64,000 nucleotides of DNA from Pecten maximus. Its lineage: Eukaryota. Location: NCBI RefSeq assembly GCF_902652985.1, contig NC_047017.1, forward strand, positions 39,866,001 through 39,930,000. Direction: 5' to 3'. The position numbers were made by a program, and so were the translations under genes. Below the pieces are notes generated by a model. It worked only from the letters and a program-made list of their open reading frames with translations. It was not told the DNA's origin and ran no database searches. Below are positions 48,819 to 61,975 of the stretch, one piece after another (the first letter of the stretch is position 1; each line of letters begins with the position of its first letter).

Positions 48819-50848
48819 GTAGAACTTTGTGAGAAATACTTATGTAGTGCTGTGAGAAAGTGTAGGAATTATTAGTGCTGTGTGAAAATGAAAATGTAAG
48901 AATTTACTTATAGCAATTTTAACTTAATGTAGTGCTGTGAGAAAATGAAAGAATTACTATAGTGCTCTATGAAAATGTAGGAATTAATTGTGAGAAAGGA
49001 ATTGTTATACTTAATGTGGTACTGTATGAAAAAAAGTTATATTTACTTATCTGGTAAGAAATATGTTATTTTTATATTTACAATGTAAATGTAATTTTAT
49101 ATTGATGTCTGTACACAACTGTTTCAATGTGTCCATACTATAAATGCATGTTTCCAGTGATGAGAATGATATATAATGAAATGAGTACATATCTGTTTCA
49201 ATGTGTCCTTATCATAATTATATAAAATGTTTCCAATGAAGAGAAGGTTTGAGTACATAACGGTTGAGTACATAACGGTTTCAATGTGTCCTTGTTATTT
49301 ATATATAGATGTGTTTCCAGTGATGAGAATGATATATAATAAAATGAGTACATATCTGTTTCAATGTGTCCTTATCATAATTATATAAAATGTTTCCAAC
49401 GAAGAGAATGATATGAAATAAAATGATCATTCAAGGTTTGAGTACATAACGGTTGAGTGTATAACGGTCGAGTACATAACGGTTTCGATGTGTCCTTGTT
49501 ATTTATAGATGTATATGTTTCCAGTGATGAGAATGATATATATAATAAAATGTTATGTAATTATCTATCAAGGTTTGAGTGGTTTTTTTCGCATCATGTC
49601 TACTACGGTACCCAGTGACAGAAATAATACGTAAAAGACATTACATATAGCAGTTTTGATGAGGATAAATAATAAAATATCACTTGCATAAGTAATATAT
49701 ACTGTTGAAATCATATTATACGCACCGAGGCATGAATTCAACAGACAAATGACGGTTTGTTGAAATAACATTTAGCCTGACTGACCTAGACACGCGTCTG
49801 CGAGCAGTGAAGCGTGAACGCGACAGTCACGATTTCAACACATAGAAATCCAGCAAAATCCTAAATGAGAAATGTGAATGAGAATGGATCTGAGAATTAT
49901 CGAATTATGATGAGTAATAATGATAAAATGAATGAAAATATTGACATTATATTTTTAGTACGAAACTACCCGGACGAAAATTCCCAGGTACGAAAATGTC
50001 AGTGGTACGAAAATGGATCGGTACGAAAATTCCCGTTACCTATACATGTATCCACTCCAGAATTAAAAGGCCTTGTTTTCTGCAACAAAGAGGGGCTAAA
50101 TGATGGAACAATGATCACTCATGTAAATCATCACGACTTAACGAAGATTCACTATTTCTGACTGTGTCGTATGTATTGCCATATATAGGTACACTCCTTT
50201 AAAAAGTAAATCCAAATCTGATCGATTACAGTAGGGCTACAGTCATGACAGTAGGCCACCTTACCCGGTTGTCACGTTTCCATAACCACTTAGTGATTTC
50301 TTCGGTCACTTGATTGAAAAGTACAACTAAAATCTCAGTTTGGAAACTTGTTTCTACAGAAGAACTTATGCACAAGGACATATCACATACATACAAAAAT
50401 GTCTTGAAATTGCATTCCCAAAACCGGTAAGCACCAAAGTTTTCTTCAGTTCTTGGAGATGAAATATTTTGCAATGTTCACGGGTCATCGTAATGTTTGA
50501 ATATAAGGAGAGACTTGACTATACCAAGCGTTTGTATGAACACGATTTCAAACAGGAAATGGTCTAGAAATGAAGTAAACAGAAACTGGATCTGCTGTCA
50601 TTTCCCAAAAAAAGATGCGTGGTGTATCACACAAGAATTTGATGTATCTTTGTGTTTCGGAACCAGGGAGACTGAACGAAGACTGTTATCACTAACACGC
50701 ATAAAGTATACTACACACGTTTTCCGTGTATCCTTTAAAATGTTTTCTCTCTTGCTGCCAAGGACTCACTAAATCTAAACTAAACTAAATCACATACTTA
50801 TGTATGTAACGGTTTATAAGAAAACATAACTGAAACATACTATTCAAA

Positions 50849-52964
50849 ATGATCCGTCGACGCGCTCCTCCTGCTGGGAGAGGAATTCCTTTTTTTATCT
50901 TTTTGGATGTAATATTTGCAATTATATTTATTATCAAAGATGTAATTGTGGCGATACACACAACACTGAGACGGATATCTTCTGATGCACCGATCATTGT
51001 ACTGGGCGTGTGCATTATCGGAACGGTACTGCACATATGTTTACAGACGGTGCCAACTGTATCATCTGCCCAGGTAGACATTTGGGACTGGATAGACAAG
51101 AATGGCTTAAAACAGTACAATAAAGTGTTTACACAACAAGGTAATTATATACAGTACACTGTACGCAGTAATTCATGTAATTAACAATGTAATTATATAC
51201 AGTACACAGTAGTCCATTGTCATTAACAAGGTAATTATATACAGTACACAGTAGTTCATCATTAACAATGTAAACATATATATAGTACACTGTAGTACTA
51301 GCCACAATTCAAATCTGCCACAAAATTGATGTGGTACTTTGGTTTGACCTGTGTAGGTAATCATAGTAATCAGAGGAAGGGTATATGTTTTTATTTCCAA
51401 AATCACATCTGCCTTAATGAAAGTTATGTTTCAGGAAGTTACAACATACATTTGTATATATTCAAAATTCTGTCTTAAATGTTATAATGCTCTAGAGCTC
51501 GATCATAATGATTTAAATGGGATTATTTTATAATTATGTCCATGAAAAGTTAACTCATAATTATACTTGAAATTCCAGGTGTACAAACAAGCAAAGACTT
51601 ACTGTCCATGGAGCTGGAGAAGATGCCAGAATTTTCTGCACTAACTCTAGATAAACAACTGGAACTCAGAAATGCATTTAATGCATTAAAAGAAGAAACC
51701 TATCTCCAGTTACTTTTAGAGAAAAACAAAGTTACTGCACCAGTTTTCGACAGGTGAGATTTATAAAGTGTTTAAAATAGTGTTTAATCATGATAGTCAT
51801 TGATATCATATGATTATACCTAATTTCCTTTACCTCATCCTCTTTTAATATCCCATTTAATATCTTGTCAGTCTTTTTGTCAAAGGATTTAAATTTGTGA
51901 TCAACACAAAGCTTGAAAAGAGTTTTGAACTTCCTATTTTTACTTTCATGGCTGCTGACCGACACATGTTTATTTTTCACCAATGAAAGCTCACAATCTT
52001 GACAATTTTTTAAGGGAATGCAGGTGTTCTAATAGACAGAGTTCCTTTGTACACAATGAATATACATGTTCCGTATATACATATACAAACAGGTCCTTCG
52101 CATAGTCCCATGACCCAGAATACAATATTAAGCCCCATGTAGGTTCGGACCCCTAGATCACACTAATTGTCAAGCCCTTGTGCATGTACATGCTCATTAG
52201 GCCTACTCACTACATACATAAATCACATAATGTCACAATACTTACAGGAAAAAGATTAAAATATAAATTGTCATGAGAAGACTTGGGAAAGCATAATGAT
52301 AAATGCAAGTAAAATATTTTAAAACTGCTGGTGCTAAGCAAGCTGGAAAATAGAAATTGCATGATATTATCAGTCATCTACTCGTGAAACCGGGGGACTA
52401 TAGGTTTTCTCCCCTTCTGTTTGTCTGTCAGTCTGTCCACTCAGTTTTCTGCACTTTTCTCAGCCATGCTTCAAGGTATGATATGTTGATGAAAGTTGAT
52501 ATGTAACTTCATTATGAGTAGCTACAGTACAGATCAAGGTCAAGTGTCAGGGATTTAAGATCAAGGTCAAGGTCACTGTTCCTATTTTTAGAGGGAGCCT
52601 GTACGGGACATGTATTGCTTTATTAACAATACCCAGCATGCTTGTTTTTTTAGTGTCGTTAAAATTAGAATTGAAAAATAAACTTTTAAATTATTTTGAA
52701 ATATTTATTGAAATATCATTATGATCTGCAGGTTGAAAGCCAAAGGAGTAATGTCTTTGATGGCTCTGTCACAATTGTCTGACCAAGAGATACAGATGGT
52801 CACAGAGGTAGATGGCACAATTACAGACCTCCTAAACCTGAAACACTGTGTCACACATGCCAGGGACTACAGTGACAACAGAGAGGAACTTTACCTCTAC
52901 AGTCAAGTGGGAAAGGAATTTGATTCAGCCATCAGTCCACTCGCAATGAAGATATTCAAAATAG
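50849..52964 (+). CDS. 5' exons of a membrane-anchored protein with tandem SAM-like domains, probably an invertebrate AREL1-type HECT E3 ligase; continues beyond the window
   Basis: Exons 50849-51140, 51579-51753, 52732-52964 (phase-consistent GT-AG). Hydrophobic N-terminus, then IWDWIDKNGLKQYNKVFTQQGVQT and LQLLLEKNKV..FDRLKAKGVMSL. This resembles, from memory, the N-terminal extension of invertebrate AREL1 homologues. No Filamin or HECT exon is visible in the window. Confidence 0.65.
51135..51300 (+). repeat. About 45-bp degenerate repeat, 4 copies, containing the exon-1 donor of the 50849 gene
   Basis: AACAAG|GTAATTATATACAGTACAC at the true donor (51140), repeated at about 51183, 51225 and 51264. 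Confidence 0.8.
52366..52648. mobile_element. Short Helentron-type non-autonomous element
   Basis: GGGGGACTATAGG followed by a (TCTG)n-like tract, a TCAAGGTCAAGGTCA core and terminal GCATGCTTGTTT. Confidence 0.55.
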
Positions 52965-53302
52965 GTAAGTCACTGTCTGTCTTTACATTCTCTAACTTTT
53001 ATCAAATCATAAACAATGTATTTATCTTGATAAGATGGTAGATATCTGACCACACCAAACAGAACAATGTATAAAATAGCTGAATTGAACACATACATGT
53101 AATCGCATGTCTCTGTTAGCACTGAGTTTCAACGATGTTTACCATTATTGACTGAATTGTTAGAAGGTCTTGGCAATAAAGGGAGATAACTTCAGTAGGC
53201 AAATGGACATACCAGTATCAGTTTTGGTTAAGACTGGGAGTATGTGGTTTTCTATTATTATTTTGTGTAAAAATCTTCCTTTTGATAAGGAAAACTTCCA
53301 CT

Positions 53303-55610
53303 TTTAGTAGAGTTTTATCATCCTGTTATAGCTAACAGTTTATGTTGTCTACCCTAGTAGAGTTTTATCATCCTGTTATAGCTAACAGTTTATGTTGTCT
53401 ACCCTAAGTAGAGTTTTATCATCCTGTTATAGCTAACAGTTTATGTTGTCTACCCTAGTAGAGTTTTATCATCCTGTTATAGCTAACAGTTTATGTTGTC
53501 TACCCTTAGTAGAGTTTTATCATCCTGTTATAGCTAACAGTTTATGTTGTCTACCCTTAGTAGAGTTTTATCATCCTGTTATAGCTAACAGTTTATGTTG
53601 TCTACCCTTAGTAGAGTTTTATCATCCTGTTATAGCTAACAGTTTATGTTGTCTACCCTTTGTAGAGTTTAATCATCCTGTTATAACTAACAATTTATGT
53701 TGTCTACCCTAGTAAAGTTTTATCATCCTGTTATAGCTAACAGTTTATGTTGTCTACCCTTAGTAGAGTTTTATCATCCTGTTATAGCTAACAGTTTATG
53801 TTGTCTACCCTTAGTAGAGTTTTATCATCCTGTTATAGCTAAAAGTTTATGTTGTCTACCCTTAGTAGAGTTTAATCATCCTGTTATAGCTAACAGTTTA
53901 TGTTGTCTACCCTTAGTAGAGTTGTCTAACCTTAGTAGAGTTTTATCATCCTGTTATAACTAACAGTTTATGTTGTCTACCCTAAGTAGAGTTTTATCAT
54001 CCTGTTATAGCTAACAGTTTATGTTGTCTACCTTAGTAGAGTTTTATCATCCTGTTATAACTAACAGTTTATGTTGTCTAACCTTAGTAGAGTTGTATCA
54101 TCCTGTTATAACTAACAGTTTATGTTGTCTACCCTTAGTAGAGTTGTATCATCCTGTTATAGCTAACAGTTTATGTTGTCTAACCTTAGTAGAGTTTTAT
54201 CATCCTGTTATGACTAACAGTTTATGTTGTGTAACCCTAGTAGAGTTTTATCATCCTGTTATAGCTAACAGTTTATGTTGTCTACCCTAGTAGAGTTTAA
54301 TCATCCTGTTATAGCTAACAGTTTATGTTGTCTACCCTTAGTAGAGTTTTATCATCCTGTTATAGCTAACAGTTTATGTTGTCTACCCTTAGTAGAGTTT
54401 TATCATCCTGTTATAGCTAACAGTTTATGTTGTCTACCCTTAGTAGAGTTTTATCATCCTGTTATAGCTAACAGTTTATGTTGTGTAACCTTAGTAGAGT
54501 TTTATCATCCTGTTATAGCTAACAGTTTATGTTGTCTACCCTAGTAGAGTTTTATCATCCTGTTATAGCTAACAGTTTATGTTGTCTACCCTTAGTACAG
54601 TTTTATCATCCTGTTATAGCTAACAGTTTATGTTGTCTACCCTTAGTAGAGTTTTATCATCCTGTTATAGCTAACAATTTATGTTGTCTAACCGTAGTAG
54701 AGTTTTATCATCCTGTTATAGCTAACAGTTTATGTTGTCTACCCTTAGTAGAGTTTTATCATCCTGTTATAGCTAACAGTTTATGTTGTCTACCCTTAGT
54801 AGAGTTTTATCATCCTGTTATAACTAACAGTTTATGTTGTCTACCCTTAGTAGAGTTTTATCATCCTGTTATAGCTAAAAGTTTATGTTGTCTACCCTTA
54901 GTAGAGTTTTATCATCCTGTTATAACTAACAGTTTATGTTGTGTAACCTTAGTGAGTTTTATCATCCTGTTATAGCTAACAGTTTATGTTGTCTACCCTT
55001 AGTACAGTTTTACCATCCTGTTATAGCTAACAGTTTATGTTGTCTACCCTTAGTACAGTTTTATCATCCTGTTATAACTAACAGTTTATGTTGTCTACCC
55101 TTAGTAGAGTTTTATCATCCTGTTATAACTAACAGTTTATGTTGTCTACCCTTAGTACAGTTTTACCATCCTGTTATAGCTAACAGTTTATGTTGTCTAC
55201 CCTTAGTAGAGTTTTATCATCCTGTTATAGCTAACAGTTTATGTTGTCTACCCTAAGTAGAGTTTTATCATCCTGTTATAGCTAACAGTTTATGTTGTCT
55301 ACCCTTAGTAGAGTTTTATCATCCTGTTATAACTAACAGTTTATGTTGTCTACCCTTAGTAGAGTTTTATCATCCTGTTATAACTAACAGTTTATGTTGT
55401 CTAACCTTAGTAGAGTTGTATCATCCTGTTATAACTAACAGTTTATGTTGTCTACCCTTAGTAGAGTTGTATCATCCTGTTATAGCTAACAGTTTATGTT
55501 GTCTACCCTTAGTAGAGTTTTATCATCCTGTTATAGCTAACAGTTTATGTTGTCTAACCTTAGTAGAGTTTTATCATCCTGTTATAGCTAACAGTTTATG
55601 TTGTCTAACC
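53303..55610. repeat. 51-bp minisatellite, about 45 copies
   Basis: Unit TTAGTAGAGTTTTATCATCCTGTTATAGCTAACAGTTTATGTTGTCTACCC. Confidence 0.97.
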
Positions 55611-56149
55611 TGGGATTTAAAATTTTAAGCATTATCACATACACTTAACTTCTATCATCCCCATCATATGTGAAATCAAAAGTGTATGTTTGTTCAAATC
55701 TTATCATCAGGTTAGGGAATATTACCTGCCTTAAATTATTCTTCAATTTGCCTAAAACTCAATGCATGCATCTTAATATGTTTTTGCATGATAAACAGTA
55801 TATTAAATAGTAATAATATTTTGTTGAGTTTTAATGATTTTAAAAATCTCTGACTCATAATGAGAAAGTTGTTATGGAATTAAAACATCACAAAGTTATG
55901 AAATACTATATGTATATGCAATCATTATGTTAAAAGGTATTTACTTACAGATCAACTGACATCATAGAGCATTGTATAATGTGTCAACATAAAGGGGAAA
56001 AAATGTATGTTATGAAATATGTATTCTTTTTTACTGTAAAACTAACTCACAAAATAATGTGAAAGAAGAGACTTCAACTTGTATCCCTGATTTCTTAAAC
56101 ACATCAACATTTTTGGCCTAAGTCATGGCCTACATAGTCTGATACAGGA

Positions 56150-59020
56150 TTGTAGCCTAAATTATAGACAATGTGGTCTGATGTGAGACTTCAGTCTAAA
56201 TTACTGCCTGTTTGGTCTGATTTGAGACTTCAGTCTTAATTACAGCATATGTGGTCTGATGTAAGACTTTAGTCTAAATTACAGCCTGTTTGGTCTGTTG
56301 TGAGATTTTAGTATAAATAAGAGCCTGTTTGGTCTGATGTGAGATTTTAGTATAAATAAGAGCCTGTTTGGTCTGATGTGAGATTTTAGTATAAATAAGA
56401 GCCTGTTTGGTCTGATGTAAGACTTCAGTCTACATTACAGTCTGTTTGGTCTGATGTGAGACTTCAGTCTAAATTACATCCTATGTGGTCTGATGTGAGA
56501 CTTCAGTCTAAATTACATCCTATGTGGTCTGATGTGAGACTTCAGTCTAAATTACATCCTATGTGGTCTGATGTAAGACTTCAGTCTACATTACAGTCTG
56601 TTTGGTCTGATGTAAGACTTTAGTCTAAATTATAGTCTGTTTGGTCTAATATGAGACTTTAGTCTAAATTACAGCCTATGTGATCTGATGTGAGATTTTA
56701 GTCTAAATTACAGCCTGTTTGGTCTGATGTGAGATTTTAGTCTAAATTACAGCCTGTTTGGTCTGATGTGAGATTTTAGTCTAAATTACAGCCTGTTTGG
56801 TCTGATGTGAGATTTTAGTCTAAATTACAGCCTGTTTGGTCTGATGTGAGATTTTAGTATAGATTACAGCCTGTTTGGTCTGATGTAAGACTTTAGTCTA
56901 AATTACTGCCTGTTTGGTCTGATGTGAGATTTTAGTCTAAATTACAGCCTGTTTGGTCTGATGTGAGATTTTAGTATAGATTACAGCCTGTTTGGTCTGA
57001 TGTAAGACTTTAGTCTAAATTACTGCCTGTTTGGTCTGATGTGAGATTTTAGTATAGATTACAGCCTGTTTGGTCTGATGTAAGACTTTAGTCTAAATTA
57101 CTGCCTGTTTGGTCTGATGTGAGATTTTAGTATAAATTACAGCCTGTTTGGTCTGATGTAAGACTTTAGTCTAAATTACTGCCTGTTTGGTCTGATGTGA
57201 GATTTTAGTCTAAATTACAGCCTGTTTGGTCTGATGTGAGATTTTAGTCTAAATTACTGCCTGTTTGGTCTGATGTGAGATTTTAGTCTAAATTACAGCC
57301 TGTTTGGTCTGATGTGAGATTTTAGTATAGATTACAGCCTGTTTGGTCTGATATGAGACTTTAGTCTAAGTTACAGCCTATGTGATCTGATGTGAGATTT
57401 TAGTCTAAATTACAGCCTGTTTGGTCTGATGTGAGATTTTAGTATAAATTACAGCCTGTTTGGTCTGATGTAAGACTTTAGTCTAAATTACTGCCTGTTT
57501 GGTCTGATATGAGACTTTAGTCTAAATTACAGCCTGTGTGATCTGATGTGAGACTTCAGTCTAAATTACAGCCTGTTTGGTCTGATGTGAGATTTTAGTA
57601 TAAATTACAGCCTATGTGGTCTGATGTAAGACTTTAGTCTAAATTACTGCCTGAGTGGTCTGATGTGAGACTTCAGTCTAAATTACAGCCTATGTGGTCT
57701 GATATGAGACTTTAATCTAAATTACAGCCTATGTGGTCTGATGTGAGACTTCAGTCTAAATTACAGCCTTTGAGGTCTGATATGAGACTTTAGTCTAAAT
57801 TACAGCCTATGTGGTCTGATGCGAGACTTTAGTCTAAATTACTGCCTGTTTGGTCTGATGTGAGACTTTAGTCTAAATTACAGCCTGTTTGGTCTGTTGT
57901 GAGAATTTAGTATAAATAAGAGCCTGTTTGGTCTGATGTGAGATTTAGTATACATAAGAGCCTGTTTGGTCTGATGTGATATTTTAGTCTTAATTACAGC
58001 CTATGAGGTCTGATGTGAGACTTTAGTCTAAATTACAGCCTATGAGGTCTGATGTGAGACTTCAGTCTAAATTACAGCCTATGTGGTTTGATGTGAGACT
58101 TCAGTCTAAATTACAGCCTATGTGGTTTGATGTGAGACTTCAGTCTAAATTACAGCCTATGTGGTTTGATGTGAGACTTCAGTCTAAATTACAGCATATG
58201 TGGTTTGATGTGAGACTTTAGTATAAATTACAGCCTGTTTGGTCTGATATGAGACTTTAGTCTAAATTACAGCCTGTGTGGTTTGATGTGAGACTTTAGT
58301 CTAAATTACTGCCTGTTTGGTCTGATGTGAGATTTTAGTCTAAATTACAGCCTGTGTGGTTTGATGTGAGACTTTAGTCTAAATTGCTGCCTGTTTGGTC
58401 TAATGTGAGACTTTAGTCTAAATTACAGTCTGTTTGGTCTGATGTAAGACTTCAGTCTAAATTACAGTCTGTTTGGTCTGATGTAAGACTTCAGTCTAAA
58501 TTACAGTCTGTTTGGTCTGATGTGAGACTTCAGTCTAAATTACAGCCTATGTGGTTTGATGTGAGACTTCAGTCTAAATTACAGCATATGTGGTTTGATG
58601 TGAGACTTTAGTATAAATTACAGCCTGTTTGGTCTGATGTGAGACTTCAGTCTAAATTACAGCCTGTATGGTCTAATGTGAGACTTTAGTCTAAATTACT
58701 GCCTGTTTGGTCTAATGTGAGACTTCAGTCTAAATTACAGCCTGTTTGATCTGATGTGAGATTTTAGTATAGATTACAGCCTGTTTGGTCTGATGTAAGA
58801 CTTTAGTCTAAATTACAGCCTGTTTGGTCTGATGTGAGATTTTAGTATAAATTACAGCCTGTTTGGTCTGATATGAGACTTTAGTCTAAGTTACAGCCTA
58901 TGTGATCTGATGTGAGATTTTAGTCTAAATTACAGCCTGTTTCAGTGTTTGGTCTAATGTGAGACTTCAGTCTAAATTACAGCCTGTTTGGTCTGATGTG
59001 AGACTTTAGTCTAAATTACA
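56150..59020. repeat. 39-bp minisatellite, about 73 copies
   Basis: Unit GGTCTGATGTGAGAYTTYAGTCTAAATTACAGCCTGTTT. Confidence 0.97.
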
Positions 59021-59094
59021 TGAATGTCCCAATAAAGTGACGTGAAAAGAAACTCCCTTGTTTTGGTGACTGTCCCAATAAAGTGACATAAAAG

Positions 59095-60032
59095 AGGTAG
59101 GTTACCTGTAATGTATACTTATTGTGACATCCTGTCTTACCTATAGTTACCTATTGTTAGAGGTGGGTTACCTGTACTGTATACTTATTGTGACATCCTG
59201 TGTTACCTACAGTTACCTATTGTCACAGGTAGGTTACCTGTACTGTATACTTATTGTGACATCCTGTCTTACTATAGTTACCTATTGTTAGAGGTAGGTT
59301 ACCTGTACTGTATACTTATTGTGACATCCTGTCTTACTATAGTTACCTATTGTTAGAGGTAGGTTACCTGTACTGTATACTTATTGTGACATCCTGTCTT
59401 ACCTACAGTTACCTATTGTCACAGGTAGGTTACCTGTACTGTATACTTATTGTGACATCCTGTGTTACATACAGTTACCCATTGTTAGAGGTAGGTTACC
59501 TGTACTGTATACTTATTGTGACATCCTGTCTTACTATAGCTACCTATTGTTAGAGGTAGGTTACCTGTACTGTATACTTATTGTGACATCCTGTCTTACC
59601 TATAGTTACCTATTGTTAGAGGTAGGTTACCTGTACTGTATACTTATTGTGACATCCTGTCTTACCTATAGTTACCTATTGTCACAGGTAGGTTACCTGT
59701 ACTGTATACTTATTGTGACATCCTGTCTTACCTATAGTTACCTATTGTCACAGGTAGGTTACCTGTACTGTATACTTATTGTGACATCCTGTCTTACCTA
59801 TAGTTACCTATTGTTACAGGTAGGTTACCTGTACTGTATACTTATTGTGGCATCCTGTCTTACCTATAGTTACCTATTGTTACAGGTAGGTTACCTGTAC
59901 TGTATACTTATTGTGACATCCTGTCTTACCTATAGTTACCTATTGTTACAGGTAGGTTACCTGTACTGTATACTTATTGTGACATCCTGTCTTACCTATA
60001 GTTACCCATTGTTACAGGTAGGTTACCTGTAC
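59095..60032. repeat. 66-bp minisatellite, about 14 copies, containing AG|GTAGGT
   Basis: Unit AGGTAGGTTACCTGTACTGTATACTTATTGTGACATCCTGTCTTACCTATAGTTACCTATTGTTAS. Confidence 0.95.
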
Positions 60033-60661
60033 CATTAACACTTTCCCTTGAGAGGTACTAAACTTGATTAACTTTGAGGTTCATTAAGATGTATTATGTC
60101 TGTATTAGGTAATACTGACAGCCTGTTTGTATGTATACAGACACTGAGATGAATGTCCATAGTCTATGACATGTGTTCAGGTTGTAGGGTATCATATGTT
60201 CAGTCTCAACTCCAATAGTTGTAAATAGCTGATCATTGCCTTCAAAATCGAGTTTAAAATAGCATTTTTAAAGGGTCACCAATTTGAACAGTATTTTAAT
60301 TAGTTTCACTGTAAAGTTACCACATTTGTATCTATTAATTATAGTCTATATAATGTTAACAAATCATTTAAGTTTCTGTAAATGAAATGTTTTAATTTAA
60401 TTGTCATTAAAACGTCAAATCACCAGGTGTGATAGAAGTTTGGATGGGTCTAGATTTAGCGGAGGGGTAGGAAGAGTTTGAATTGTAGAGGGTGGTAGAG
60501 GGTCAGAAGTTATGATGGTTTGGGGGGAGGGTGATAGGGTTGGGAAAGGGGGACGGTTATGGTAGGGATTTTGAGAGTAAGGGTGGCTTGAGGGAGGAAG
60601 GGGCCCTAGTGATGGTAGGGGTCAGGGAATGGAAGTTGGTTATTGTAGGAGTTTGGGAGTT

Positions 60662-60783
60662 AGGATGGTTTGGGTGTGTGTGTGATGATAGGGGCCATGG
60701 AAGGTTTGGGTGTGTGTGTGATGATAAGGGCCATGGAAGGTTTGGGTGTGTGTGTGTGTGATGATAAGGGCCGGGGAAGGTTT

Positions 60784-60814
<31 letters not shown>

Positions 60815-61975
60815 ATGATAAGGGCCGGGGAAGGTTTGGGTGTGTGTGTGTGATGATAAGGGCCAGGGAAGGTTTGGGTGTGTGTGTGATGATAGGGGCC
60901 ATGGAAGGTTTGGATGTGTGTGTGATGATAAGGGCCGGGGAAGGTTTGGGTGTGTGTGCGATGATAAGGGCCAGGGATGGTTTGGGTGTGTGTGTGATGA
61001 TAAGGGCCGGGGAAGGTTTGGGTGTGTGTGTGTGATGATAAGGTCCAGGGAAGGTTTGGTTGTGTGTGTGATGATAAGGGCCAGGGAAGGTTTGGGTGTG
61101 TGTGTGTGATGATAAGGGCCAGGGAAGGTTTGGGTGTGTGTGTGTGATGATAAGGGCCAGGGAAGGTTTGGGTGTGTGTGTGATGATAAGGGCCAGGGAA
61201 GGTTTGGGTGTGTGTGTGTGATGATAAGGGCCAGGGAAGGTTTGGGTGTGTGTGATGATAGGGGCCAGGGAAGGTTTGGGTGTGTGTGTGATGATAGGGG
61301 CCAGGGAAGGTTTGGTTGTGTGTGTGATGATAAGGGCCAGGGAAGGTTTGGGTGTGTGTGATGATAGGGGCCAGGGAAGGTTTGGGTGTGTGTGTGATGA
61401 TAAGGTCCAGGGAAGGTTTGGGTGTGTGTGTGTGATGATAAGGGCCAGGGAAGGTTTGGGTGTGTGTGTGATGATAAGGGCCAGGGAAGGTTTGGGTGTG
61501 TGTGTGTGATGATAAGGGCCAGGGAAGGTTCGGTGGTTGTGTGTGATGATAAGGGCCAGGGAAGGTTTGGGTGTGTGTGTGATGATAAGGGCCATGCAAG
61601 GTTTGAGTGTGTGTGTGTGATGATAAGGGCCAGGGAAGGTTTGGGTGTGTGTGTGATGATAAGGGCCAGGGAAGGTTTGGTTGTGTGTGTGATGATAGGG
61701 GCCATGGAAGGTTTGGGTGTGTGTGTGTGATGATAAGGGCCATGGAAGGTTTGGGTGTGTGTGTGATGATAAGGGCCAGGGAAGGTTTGGGTGTGTGTGT
61801 GATGATAAGGGCCAGGGAAGGTTTGGGTGTGTGTGTGATGATAAGGGGCCAGGGAAGGTTTGGGTGTGTGTGTGTGATGATAGGGCCAGGGAAGGTTTGG
61901 GTGTGTGTGTGTGATGATAAGGGCCAGGGAAGGTTTGGGTGTGTGTGTGATGATAAGGGCCAGGGAAGGTTCGGT
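60662..61975. repeat. G-rich 34-40-bp minisatellite with a variable (TG)n tract, about 35 copies
   Basis: Unit GATGATAAGGGCCAGGGAAGGTTTGGG(TG)n; source of the His/Thr/Pro-rich pseudo-ORFs at 60531-62008. Confidence 0.95.

Larger units (their letters stand above)
45121..50040 (+). mobile_element. Mutator-like (MULE, FLYWCH/Phantom-type) DNA transposon, internally deleted, in the TBCE 5'-UTR intron
   Basis: Imperfect TIRs GAATCCGGGAATTTTCGTAC / GGTAACGGGAATTTTCGTAC (reverse complement), each with about 5 TTTTCGTAC-like sub-repeats. 8-bp TSD TATACATG at 45113-45120 and 50041-50048. Spliced transposase remnants lie inside. Confidence 0.9.

Noticed and set aside
53443-60038. Repetitive ORFs such as VEFYHPVIANSLCCLPL and VGYLYCILIVTSCLTYSY
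   Set aside because: Unit lengths of 51 and 66 are multiples of 3, which gives chance open frames, and frequent 1-bp indels break them.
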